This document shows positions 1-7,487 of a DNA stretch of 32,000 nucleotides, in pieces (position 1 is the stretch's first letter; every line of letters begins with the position of its first letter). The notes beneath the pieces were generated by a model that was given only the letters and a program-made list of their open reading frames with translations, did not search any database and was not told where the DNA came from. A program made the translations under genes and the position numbers. The DNA is from Rhodocyclales bacterium (GTDB lineage Bacteria > Pseudomonadota > Gammaproteobacteria > Burkholderiales > Rhodocyclaceae), in NCBI GenBank assembly GCA_043743785.1, contig JAYTVW010000067.1:1-32000 (forward strand), read 5' to 3'.

Positions 1-53
1 TTTTCCCCTGCCTGATTTTCCATTGGCCGTTACTCCGCGCCGGATAATGACAA

Positions 54-338
54 GTGACTATATCATACAGGGGAATTTATTTGTCTACACCCTCTCAGCC
101 CAACCCAACCTTGGAGTCCTCCGCCAAGACCCTCCTGGACCAAGCCAAGGAAATGATCGGGGCAACCCTTTGGGAAGCCGCCGTTGCCCTCGGTAATCAG
201 GACGAGGCTGAACGCCGACACCAACAGGCTAAGGCTCTCAAAGTGCCCGGCTGGATGCTCGATTCGACGGAAACCCAGGTCCACGCTATTCAGGCGCTCC
301 AGGCCAGGATCGCCCCTTTGATCGTATATAACGGCTAA
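54..338 (+). CDS. hypothetical small protein (94 aa)
   Basis: Open frame preceded by an in-frame TGA at 48-50. Third-position GC bias is consistent with coding. No recognisable motif. Start is uncertain (GTG 54 or ATG 153). Confidence 0.3.
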   Translation: MTISYRGIYLSTPSQPNPTLESSAKTLLDQAKEMIGATLWEAAVALGNQDEAERRHQQAKALKVPGWMLDSTETQVHAIQALQARIAPLIVYNG

Positions 339-498
339 CGCTCTCCAGAAAACGCACGCGACCGGGAGGGCTGTCTCCAGGCGAAAGCCCTTCACCCCGC
401 CCTGATCGGCCTCGCCACTCCCTTCCGCCCGGCCCCGCTTGTGCCGGGCAGGGCCAGCAGCTACTATCCACAGCCCCTTCCAATCCACTCCTGCTCCC

Positions 499-1605
499 AT
501 GCACCTCGAAATCGACTGTCTTGTCATCGGCGCCGGTGTCGTCGGGCTGGCGGTGGCGCGGGAACTGCAAAGCCGGGGCCGGGAGGTGGTGGTGGTGGAA
601 AAGGAAAGCCGCTTCGGCACCGAAACCAGCAGCCGCAATTCGGAAGTCATCCACGCCGGCATCTACTACGCCCCCGGGTCGCTCAAGGCCCGGCTGTGCG
701 TGGAAGGTAAGGCCAGCCTCTACGACTGGTGCGAGCGCCAGCACATCCCGCACCGCAAGATCGGCAAGCTCATCGTCGCCATCGACGCGGCGGAAATCGC
801 CACTCTGGAGAAGTACCGGGCCCGGGCGGAAGCCAACGGGGTGCATGATCTGGAATGGATGGATGCCGCCCAGGTCCGGGTACTGGAGCCGGAAGTGAAG
901 GCGGTGCGGGGCCTCTTCTCGCCCTCCACCGGCATCATCGACAGCCACACTTACATGCAATCCCTGCTGGACGACTTCGAGCAGCGGGGTGGCCTCTTCA
1001 TCCGGCAGGCGCCGGTGCAGGGGGGCGCGGCCCGGGAGGGCAGCATCGAAATCCGCCTGGGGGACACGGAAGGCACCAGCGTCCTCGCCCGCACGGTGGT
1101 CAATTCCGCCGGCCTTTACGCGCCGGACCTGGCGCGGCGCATCGAGGGCATCCGGCAGGCAGCCATCCCGGAACCCCGTTACGCCATTGGCCACTATTTT
1201 TCCCTCGCCCGCGCTGCCCCTTTCAAGCGCCTGGTCTATCCCGTGGCCCGGGCCGGGGGCCTCGGCGTGCATGTCACCCTGGACCTGGGCGGTGCCGTGC
1301 GTTTCGGCCCGGACATCAGCTGGCGGGAGAGCATCGACTACCGCTTCGACGCCGGCCGGGAGGCCGACTTCGCCCTGGCTATCCGCAACTACTGGCCGGC
1401 CCTCCAGGACGGCGAACTGCAGCCCGCCTTCACCGGCATCCGCCCCAAAATCTGCGGCCCGCAAGACCCGGATCAGGATTTCCTCATCCAGACGGCGGAC
1501 CAGCACGGTGTCCCTGGCCTCATCAACCTGTTCGGCATCGAATCCCCCGGACTGAGCGCGTCCCTGGCCCTGGCCCGGGAAACGGCCGAGCGGGTACAGG
1601 CCTGA
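499..1605 (+). CDS. FAD-dependent oxidoreductase (COG0579 / L-2-hydroxyglutarate oxidase-like family)
   Basis: Dinucleotide-binding motif DCLVIGAGVVGLAVAREL...VVVVEKE, followed by SSRNSEVIHAGIYY. I moved the start from ORF-track 439 to ATG 499 (MHLEID), just before the GxGxxG motif. Confidence 0.8.
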   Translation: MHLEIDCLVIGAGVVGLAVARELQSRGREVVVVEKESRFGTETSSRNSEVIHAGIYYAPGSLKARLCVEGKASLYDWCERQHIPHRKIGKLIVAIDAAEIATLEKYRARAEANGVHDLEWMDAAQVRVLEPEVKAVRGLFSPSTGIIDSHTYMQSLLDDFEQRGGLFIRQAPVQGGAAREGSIEIRLGDTEGTSVLARTVVNSAGLYAPDLARRIEGIRQAAIPEPRYAIGHYFSLARAAPFKRLVYPVARAGGLGVHVTLDLGGAVRFGPDISWRESIDYRFDAGREADFALAIRNYWPALQDGELQPAFTGIRPKICGPQDPDQDFLIQTADQHGVPGLINLFGIESPGLSASLALARETAERVQA

Positions 1606-1820
1606 CACGTCCCCGCAAGGCACCGGGGCCGGCGTCCCCGAAGACCCTTGCGTTCCAGCCAGGATCCATCCACAGCTCGGTCCAAGACTGTCGGCAGTGT
1701 TTGCACTCCCGCGCCCACGACAGAAAATCTAACCAAGAAGCGCCCTTGCCTGCTGACTCAATTGATTTTTGTTAAAATTAAATCGGATTTTTCTTTGCGA
1801 ATTATTAATACCACCCCGCA

Positions 1821-2156
1821 ATGATAGTCACCTTCATGTCCCCGTTTGCAGTTTTTGCCCGCCTCACCCGTCGGCTCTGCTGCCTTGCAGCATGCACATT
1901 CAGCGCCACCGCCCAGGCAGCAGTCGTTACGCTGGACTTTGAAGGTCTTTCCAGCGGTACGCAGATCACCTCCCAGTTTCAGAATCAGGGCGCGGCGTTC
2001 TCGCCGAGCCATGTTTCGCTGTCTTCAACGGTCCCAACACTGAGCCCGTCTCCGGCCTCAATCAAGTTGTTTTCTACAACGATATCAACCAGTCAGTCGC
2101 AGGCACCGGCACTAAAACAAACCAACGAAACTCCCATCCACAGGAAGCCACCATGA
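1821..2156 (+). CDS. putative secreted protein, possibly a frameshifted remnant of a PEP-CTERM-type exoprotein
   Basis: Signal-peptide-like N-terminus (…CLAACTFSATAQA/AVV) and a VTLDFEGLSSG motif typical of PEP-CTERM exoproteins. After about nt 2000, coding-like GC3 switches to another frame (…FAVFNGPNTEPVSGLNQVVFYNDINQSVAGTGT). The TGA stop overlaps the ATG of the next gene (ATGA at 2153-2156). Confidence 0.35.
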   Translation: MIVTFMSPFAVFARLTRRLCCLAACTFSATAQAAVVTLDFEGLSSGTQITSQFQNQGAAFSPSHVSLSSTVPTLSPSPASIKLFSTTISTSQSQAPALKQTNETPIHRKPP

Positions 2157-2946
2157 CCCTGAACAAGCTCTTGGGCCCACTCCTCGGCCTGATCCTGGCG
2201 GGCGCTACCCTGCTCCCGCTCAACGCCTCCGCAGCCCTGGTTTCCCACTGGAAATTCGAGGGTAATTTCAATGACGAGGTTGGCGGCAATTCCGGTTCGG
2301 CTGCGGGCACGACGGGCAGTTTTCAGGCGGGCATGGATGGCCAGGGCTGGAAAAGTGCGGGCCAGGGCAGCGTTGCGCTGGTTCCCGACGCCAACAATCT
2401 GGATGTCAGCCAATTCACCATTGAAGCCTGGATCAAGCTGGACGGTCTCAATTTGTGGAACAGCGCCTTCATCTGGAAAGGCAATTCGGCCGGGCAGGAC
2501 AGCAGTTCGCCCTTTTCCCTCGCGGTCCGTGGCACATTCGACGGCAACAATGCGGGCAAGCTGCTCACCACCATTGGCGATGGCAGCAACGGGCAGTACC
2601 TCCTCGGGCAGACGGCCCTCAGCCTGGGCGTCTTCCACCATGTGGCGGTCAGTGTGGAGGCAGCACAGTCCGTCTTTATGTGGACGGTCTCCTGGAGGGG
2701 CAAGCCGCCCAGACCCTGACACCCTACGCAAACACCACGGATCTGCAGATCGGCAGCATGCTGAACGTGCCCATTGACAACTCCCTGAACGGCACCATCG
2801 ACGAACTGAAGTTGTACAACGCCGCCCTCAGCGCCAGCCAGATCGCCATAGACGGCCATGCCGCACCCGAACCCACCGCCCTCACCCTACTGCTAGCAGG
2901 ACTCGCCGGCCTTAGACAAGGACACCGCAAGCAGGGCCGAACCTGA
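2153..2946 (+). pseudogene. LamG (concanavalin A-like lectin) domain exoprotein with C-terminal PEP-CTERM anchor, interrupted by a 1-nt frameshift near 2654-2661
   Basis: ORF 2153..2719 has a signal peptide and LamG-like sequence ending HHVAVSV. The frame of ORF 2455..2946 continues GSTVRLYVDGLLEG…IDELKLYNAALS and ends in PEPTALTLLLAGLAGLRQGHRKQGRT (PEP motif, TM helix, basic tail). One extra G in the run GTGGAGG at 2654-2660 would restore VAVSVEGSTVRLYVDG. Confidence 0.7.
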
Positions 2947-3037
2947 TTGCTCGACGACGCCCGGCCTTCCGATTCATGGCAGGCCTCAGCGACCAAGGTC
3001 GGTTGCCCACCCTTGGCCGCCCCAGCCTGCCGCCGGC

Positions 3038-3349
3038 TTACTCCGTCCTGATCAGCCCCCGCCGGTTGAGTTCCGCCACCACCACCGTCGCGGTTTCCCG
3101 GTCGTAGGCTTTTTCGGCTTCCGTGAGGAATTCATAGGCCACCAGGTCGGGATGGAGTTTGGTGGCGTCGTCCCGGCGGGGGCCGAAGCGCCAGCCCTCG
3201 CTGATGCGCTTGGCGGCCCAGACATCGTGATTCACCCTTGCGATGGCTTCCACCGCGTTGCTGAGCAGTTCCGCCGCCCGGGCCATTTCCTGCGGACCCG
3301 GCACTTGCGGGAGGTAAGGCCCGTAGGGGGTGTCAATGCTGGCGTTCAT
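3038..3349 (-). CDS. stand-alone RyR (ryanodine-receptor repeat) domain protein
   Basis: IARVNHDVWAAKRISEGWRFGPRRDDATKLHPDLVAYEFLTEAEKAYDRETA matches the conserved RyR-domain pattern (H..W…GW.yG……hP.lvpy..L.e.eK..dr). I prefer the ATG at 3349 over the TTG at 3391 given in the ORF track. Confidence 0.7.
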   Translation of the reverse strand: MNASIDTPYGPYLPQVPGPQEMARAAELLSNAVEAIARVNHDVWAAKRISEGWRFGPRRDDATKLHPDLVAYEFLTEAEKAYDRETATVVVAELNRRGLIRTE

Positions 3350-3501
3350 GGCACTCTCCCGACTGCAGGCGTGGATATTCAGATTGCTCAATCTATTTCA
3401 GGATCGGGGGTCCGCCCGAAGACACCCGGATCGTGCCCTTCGCGGCGCAACTGACCAAGGCCCTACGGCACCCAACGCGAGAGCGGCGGAATACCCTGAT
3501 T

Positions 3502-3517
3502 TGTCAGAAACACGACA
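3502..3517 (+). promoter_or_regulatory. candidate NifA upstream activator sequence (TGT-N10-ACA)
   Basis: TGTCAGAAACACGACA fits TGT-N10-ACA exactly and lies about 75 bp upstream of the -24 element of the nifV promoter. Confidence 0.5.
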
Positions 3518-3547
3518 AAATCCGCCCCTGGCGTCCAAAAAAAAATA

Positions 3548-3560
3548 TAACGCCTTGATT
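3548..3560 (-). promoter_or_regulatory. candidate IHF binding site
   Basis: The minus strand reads AATCAAGGCGTTA, which matches WATCAANNNNTTR. It sits in an A/T-rich tract between the NifA UAS and the -24/-12 element. Confidence 0.4.
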
Positions 3561-3577
3561 TATAGTTTTTTTTCACG

Positions 3578-3592
3578 TGGCACAGCGTTTGC
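3578..3592 (+). promoter_or_regulatory. sigma54 (-24/-12) promoter of nifV
   Basis: TGGCACAGCGTTTGC matches TGGCAC-N5-TTGC exactly. It lies 28 nt upstream of the nifV ATG, with GGAGG at 3606-3610. Confidence 0.7.
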
Positions 3593-3619
3593 TGCATACC
3601 TTCCCGGAGGTAACACGGC

Positions 3620-4750
3620 ATGGCTCAGGTAACGATCAACGACACCACCTTGCGGGACGGCGAGCAGACCGCCGGGGTCGCCTTCAGCGCCGAGGAAAAG
3701 ATCGACATTGCCCGGGCACTCTCCGTGGCGGGGGTGCCAGAGCTGGAAGTCGGCATTCCGTCCATGGGCGAGATCGAGCGGGAGGTCATCAAGGCCATCG
3801 TGGCGGACAAATTGCAGGCCAAGACCATGGTCTGGGGACGCCTGTGCGAGGCGGACATTGCCACGGCCCTGGAATGCGGCTGCGATCTGGTGAACCTGTC
3901 CATGCCCGTCTCCGACATCCACATCACCCACAAGCTGCGGCGTGACCGCCGCTGGGTCCTGGACACCCTGGCGGAACTGATCCCCCAGGCCCGGGCGCGA
4001 GGCGCCGATGTCTGCCTCGGCGGCGAAGACGCGTCCCGGGCCGATCCGGAATTTCTGCTGCAGGTGCTGGAAGTCGCCCAAAAGGCCGGCGCCCGGCGCT
4101 TTCGCTTTGCGGACACCATGGGCATTCTCGATCCTTACACCACCCACGCCGCCATCACCGCCCTGAGAAGCCACAGCGACCTGGAACTGGAAATTCACGC
4201 CCATAATGACCTTGGCCTGGCCACCGCCAACACCTTGTCCGCGGTGCGGGCCGGCGCCACCCATATCAACACCACGGTGAATGGCCTGGGAGAACGGGCC
4301 GGCAACGCCCCTCTGGAAGAATCCGTGGTGGCCCTGAAGAAGCTCTACGGCATCGACACGGGGGTGGACATGCTCAGTCTGCTGTCCATTTCCGCCTTGG
4401 TGGAACAGGCCTCCGGGCGGCTGGTGGCGGCCAACAAGAGCATCGTCGGCGCCTGGGTATTCACCCACGAGGCGGGCATCCACGTGGATGGCCTCATCAA
4501 GAACCCGGAGAACTACCAGAACATCGACCCGCTCACCCTGGGCATGATCAACCGCATCGTCCTCGGCAAGCACTCCGGCACCAGCGCCGTGATCCGCGCC
4601 TACGGGGAACTGGGCATGGAAATGAGCGAACCCCTGGCCCGGGAAATTCTGGCGCACATCCGGGAATTCGCCATGATCAACAAGCGTCCGCCGAATACCG
4701 TGGAACTGGAGCACTTCCGGCGAGCGGCGCTGGGCGCCACGCCCCGATAA
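3620..4750 (+). CDS. nifV: homocitrate synthase
   Basis: [18 protein letters not shown]…[14 protein letters not shown]…[14 protein letters not shown]…[12 protein letters not shown]…[11 protein letters not shown] matches NifV over its full length (376 aa). The NifA/sigma54-type promoter upstream supports the call. Confidence 0.85.
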   Translation: MAQVTINDTTLRDGEQTAGVAFSAEEKIDIARALSVAGVPELEVGIPSMGEIEREVIKAIVADKLQAKTMVWGRLCEADIATALECGCDLVNLSMPVSDIHITHKLRRDRRWVLDTLAELIPQARARGADVCLGGEDASRADPEFLLQVLEVAQKAGARRFRFADTMGILDPYTTHAAITALRSHSDLELEIHAHNDLGLATANTLSAVRAGATHINTTVNGLGERAGNAPLEESVVALKKLYGIDTGVDMLSLLSISALVEQASGRLVAANKSIVGAWVFTHEAGIHVDGLIKNPENYQNIDPLTLGMINRIVLGKHSGTSAVIRAYGELGMEMSEPLAREILAHIREFAMINKRPPNTVELEHFRRAALGATPR

Positions 4751-5533
4751 CTAGTTTTCGCCCATGGAACGCTGGAGAACCTCCAGCACAACGCGCATAT
4801 CCTCGATGGGCACCTGGCCTGGCGCCGAGGCCTTGTCGCCCACGGCGAAGGTCACGGACGAGCCGAAGGCCCAGCCGAACAAGCGCGTCAGGGAGCCATA
4901 CGGCCCCATGGACATGCTGATAATGGGCAGACCAATTTTCTTGTGGCCTTCGAGGGTGGCCGACAACAGGGTCAGCACATCCTCAATGCCCTGGGGCATG
5001 ACCGCCACCTTGGCGATGTCCGCACCAGCCTGTTCCGCTGCCAGGAGCTTGCCGACGATTTCGGCAGACGCAGGGGTCCGCTGGAAGTTGTGGAAGGAGG
5101 CGATGAGCTGGGCGCCACACTTTCTGGCGGCGGCCAACGCCCCTTGAAAATGGGCCGGATCGCTGCTCAGCTCGCAATCCACGAAGTCCACACAGCCGGA
5201 TTCACACACGGCTTCAACCAGCGCCAGCACCTGGTCTTCAGAAATGCCGATGGGTTCTCCGCCCTCGCGGATGGAGCGACGGGTAAAAATGATGGGAATG
5301 CCTTGCGCGTTTTCGCGGACTTTCCTCGCCGCAGCCACCACCTGGGCGACATCCGCGATGGCCGCAAAGAAATCCACGCGCCATTCGATGAGATCAGGCT
5401 TTTTCACACAAACCGCCGCCAGCTCCAGAAGGAGCGCGGTTTCATCGCGGGCCACCAGGGGCGTACACACCAGGGGCACCTTGCCACCAGCCACCGGCTG
5501 GCCACGCAATTCTATGGATTTTGACAGTCCCAT
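4751..5533 (-). CDS. aroD: type I 3-dehydroquinate dehydratase
   Basis: Collinear with E. coli AroD: LIEWRVDFF, IFTRRSIREGGE, ADIAKVAVMP (Schiff-base Lys region), PIISMSMG, KASAPGQ. Confidence 0.9.
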   Translation of the reverse strand: MGLSKSIELRGQPVAGGKVPLVCTPLVARDETALLLELAAVCVKKPDLIEWRVDFFAAIADVAQVVAAARKVRENAQGIPIIFTRRSIREGGEPIGISEDQVLALVEAVCESGCVDFVDCELSSDPAHFQGALAAARKCGAQLIASFHNFQRTPASAEIVGKLLAAEQAGADIAKVAVMPQGIEDVLTLLSATLEGHKKIGLPIISMSMGPYGSLTRLFGWAFGSSVTFAVGDKASAPGQVPIEDMRVVLEVLQRSMGEN

Positions 5534-5629
5534 GACGGGGCCTCAAGAAGGAAAAACGGGATTATCGCAAGAAACCCGGCACCGAAGTCGCGCCCGAGGA
5601 ACAGCTAGGTAAAGAGTTATCTGAAGACG

Positions 5630-5668
5630 AAAAACTGCAGGCTATCCGGGGAGGAAGAGGCCCTGCAG
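5630..5668 (-). terminator. candidate intrinsic terminator downstream of rlmJ
   Basis: The minus strand has CTGCAGG…CCTGCAG (7-bp stem, long loop) followed by TTTTT. Confidence 0.45.
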
Positions 5669-5711
5669 AGTATGCAATATGGGCAATGTCAATTTATTCT
5701 TTCTCGGCGAT

Positions 5712-6557
5712 TCAGGGAATCTGGTGTTCCAGCGTAAAGCCCGCCCCGGCATCCTGCCCCAGGGCCTGCACCAGCCAGGGCAGGGTCTCTCGCAGTTGCT
5801 TCGGCAGCGTCCAGGGCGGGTTGACGATGAACAGGCCGCTGCCGTGCATGCCGAACCCTTCCGGTGAGGGCGTCTGCACGGTGAGGCTCACATTCAGCCA
5901 GCTTGAGGCCTGCAGAGCCTTCAGGCGCGGCAGCATCTGGCGCGAATCGGGGGTCTGCAGCAGGGGATACCAGACCACATAGGTGCCGCCGGCAAAGCGC
6001 ACCAGACTGTCCTTGAGGGCGTCCACCGTACGCAGATAATCGGCCTTGATCTCGTAGGAGGGGTCGATCAGCACCAGGGCGCGCCGGGACTGGGGCGGCA
6101 GGACGGATTTGAGGCCCCCATAACCGTCCATGGCTTCGATCCGTACCTGGCGGCCGGCGTCACCGAAGGCAGCGTCCAGCAGACGATGGTCGCTGCTGTG
6201 CAGTTCAAACAGGCGCAGGCGATCATCGCGGCGGGCCCGCTGCATGGCGCACCAGGGCGAGCCCGGGTAGAGGCGCAGCTTCCCTTCCGGATTGAGGCCG
6301 CTCACCAGTTCCACGTAGTTGGCGATCAGGGGCGGCAGGTCGGCGCGGCCCCACAGGCGGCCGATGCCCGTATCGTATTCGACGTTCTTGCGCGCGTATT
6401 CACCGCGCAAATCGTAAATGCCGGCACCGGCATGGCTGTCGATGTACCACCAGGGCTTGTCCTTCTGGTTGAAGTAATCGAGCAGCGCCACCAGGACGGC
6501 GTGCTTGAGGACATCGGCGTGATTGCCGGCGTGAAAGGCGTGACGATAGCTGAGCAT
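5712..6557 (-). CDS. rlmJ: 23S rRNA (adenine2030-N6)-methyltransferase
   Basis: N-terminus MLSYRHAFHAGNHADVLKH is the RlmJ signature. Length is about 281 aa from ATG 6557; the ORF track extends to 6602. Confidence 0.85.
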   Translation of the reverse strand: MLSYRHAFHAGNHADVLKHAVLVALLDYFNQKDKPWWYIDSHAGAGIYDLRGEYARKNVEYDTGIGRLWGRADLPPLIANYVELVSGLNPEGKLRLYPGSPWCAMQRARRDDRLRLFELHSSDHRLLDAAFGDAGRQVRIEAMDGYGGLKSVLPPQSRRALVLIDPSYEIKADYLRTVDALKDSLVRFAGGTYVVWYPLLQTPDSRQMLPRLKALQASSWLNVSLTVQTPSPEGFGMHGSGLFIVNPPWTLPKQLRETLPWLVQALGQDAGAGFTLEHQIP

Positions 6558-6764
6558 GGGTGTGGGTCGTGAATCGTGGAAAACGAGCGATGTTTCGAGC
6601 ACAAGAGGGAAAAGCGGCTTCCCAGCCCGGCATTTAACCTGCTAATAAAAAATCCGTCCATTGGAAACCTGCTTTCCATGCTGCCAATGCGCTTTCGTTC
6701 GCTGCGGCATCCGCTATCCGCTGGCCACGCCTTTGTAAAATTTCGATAATTTCGCTACTTTCGC

Positions 6765-6792
6765 TTGACGAATTTTTTGAGGCGCCTATAAA
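6765..6792 (+). promoter_or_regulatory. candidate sigma70 promoter of the HTH-receiver gene
   Basis: TTGACG, a 16-nt spacer, then TATAAA, about 35 nt upstream of ATG 6826. Three tandem 9-bp TTTCGNTAN units (6741-6767) run into the -35. Confidence 0.4.
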
Positions 6793-6825
6793 CCCAGGTT
6801 GTACGCCGACCCTATCAAAGCCGCC

Positions 6826-7389
6826 ATGAATCAGCCCAAGGATTACCTGACCCCCAACGAAGTCGCAGAACTGTTGCGCGTAGCCCCGGTCACGGTCCGC
6901 AGCTGGGCCGCCAAGGGCATGTTGCGGGCGGAACTCACGCCAGGCGGGCATCGCCGCTTCCTGCGCACGGAAGTGGAAAAATTCGTGGGCAGCAAAGGTG
7001 TGCTTGCAGCGGCCTCGGCCTTGCGGGTGCTGATCGTGGATGATGACAATTTCGTTGCGGATTACCTGTGCGCGATTCTGGAAGCGACGGGCGCCGGCCC
7101 CGTCCTGGCCACGGCCCACGACGGCTTCGAGGCCGGCCTCAAGCTCGCCACCTTCGGGCCTCACGTGGTGCTGCTGGACCTGATGATGCCAGGCCTGGAC
7201 GGCTTCGAGGTCTGCCGCCGCATCAAGGGCGACCCGGCGACCCGGTCCATCCGGGTGCTGGCCATGAGTGGCGCGCAAGATGAAGCAAGTCGCCAGCGCA
7301 TTCTGGCCGCCGGTGCCGAATGCTTCTTCCCGAAACCCGTGGATGAGGCAAGCCTGCTGGAGACATTGGGACTCGTGGCCGCCCCCTGA
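6826..7389 (+). CDS. response regulator with N-terminal excisionase/MerR-type HTH and C-terminal receiver domain
   Basis: LTPNEVAELLRVAPVTVRSWAAKGML…GGHRRF is an excisionase-family HTH. LIVDDD…VVLLDLMMPGLDG…AMSG…KP is a CheY-like receiver. An alternative TTG start lies at 6799. Confidence 0.8.
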   Translation: MNQPKDYLTPNEVAELLRVAPVTVRSWAAKGMLRAELTPGGHRRFLRTEVEKFVGSKGVLAAASALRVLIVDDDNFVADYLCAILEATGAGPVLATAHDGFEAGLKLATFGPHVVLLDLMMPGLDGFEVCRRIKGDPATRSIRVLAMSGAQDEASRQRILAAGAECFFPKPVDEASLLETLGLVAAP

Positions 7390-7409
7390 TAGGGTCTCTC
7401 AAGTAAACG

Positions 7410-7443
7410 CCACGGGGGAAAGGTATGCACCTTTCCCCCGTGG
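7410..7443. terminator. perfect 15-bp hairpin between convergent genes (bidirectional terminator candidate)
   Basis: CCACGGGGGAAAGGT-atgc-ACCTTTCCCCCGTGG. A second GC hairpin lies at 7455-7480. Neither strand has a clear U-tract. Confidence 0.45.
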
Positions 7444-7487
7444 ATTCAGACCTGCCGGACGCGGCCATAGGCCGCGCCGGATTTAGC

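Noticed and set aside
286-1623. A 445-aa ORF antisense to the FAD oxidoreductase. Similar long antisense or alternate-frame ORFs occur elsewhere: 3560..4714 (-), 7425..9422 (+), 10229..11200 (+), 12727..14154 (-), 17163..18794 (-), 30888..31874 (-), and many 60-300 aa ORFs.
   Set aside because: These are typical stop-codon-poor shadow frames of GC-rich DNA. Their products are Arg/Gly/Pro/Ala-rich low-complexity sequences without motifs. Each overlaps a gene on the other strand or frame that has clear family signatures.
1690-1705. A sigma54-like string GGCAGTGTTTGCA upstream of the PEP-CTERM locus.
   Set aside because: The GG to GC spacing is 2 nt too short relative to TGGCAC-N5-TTGC.
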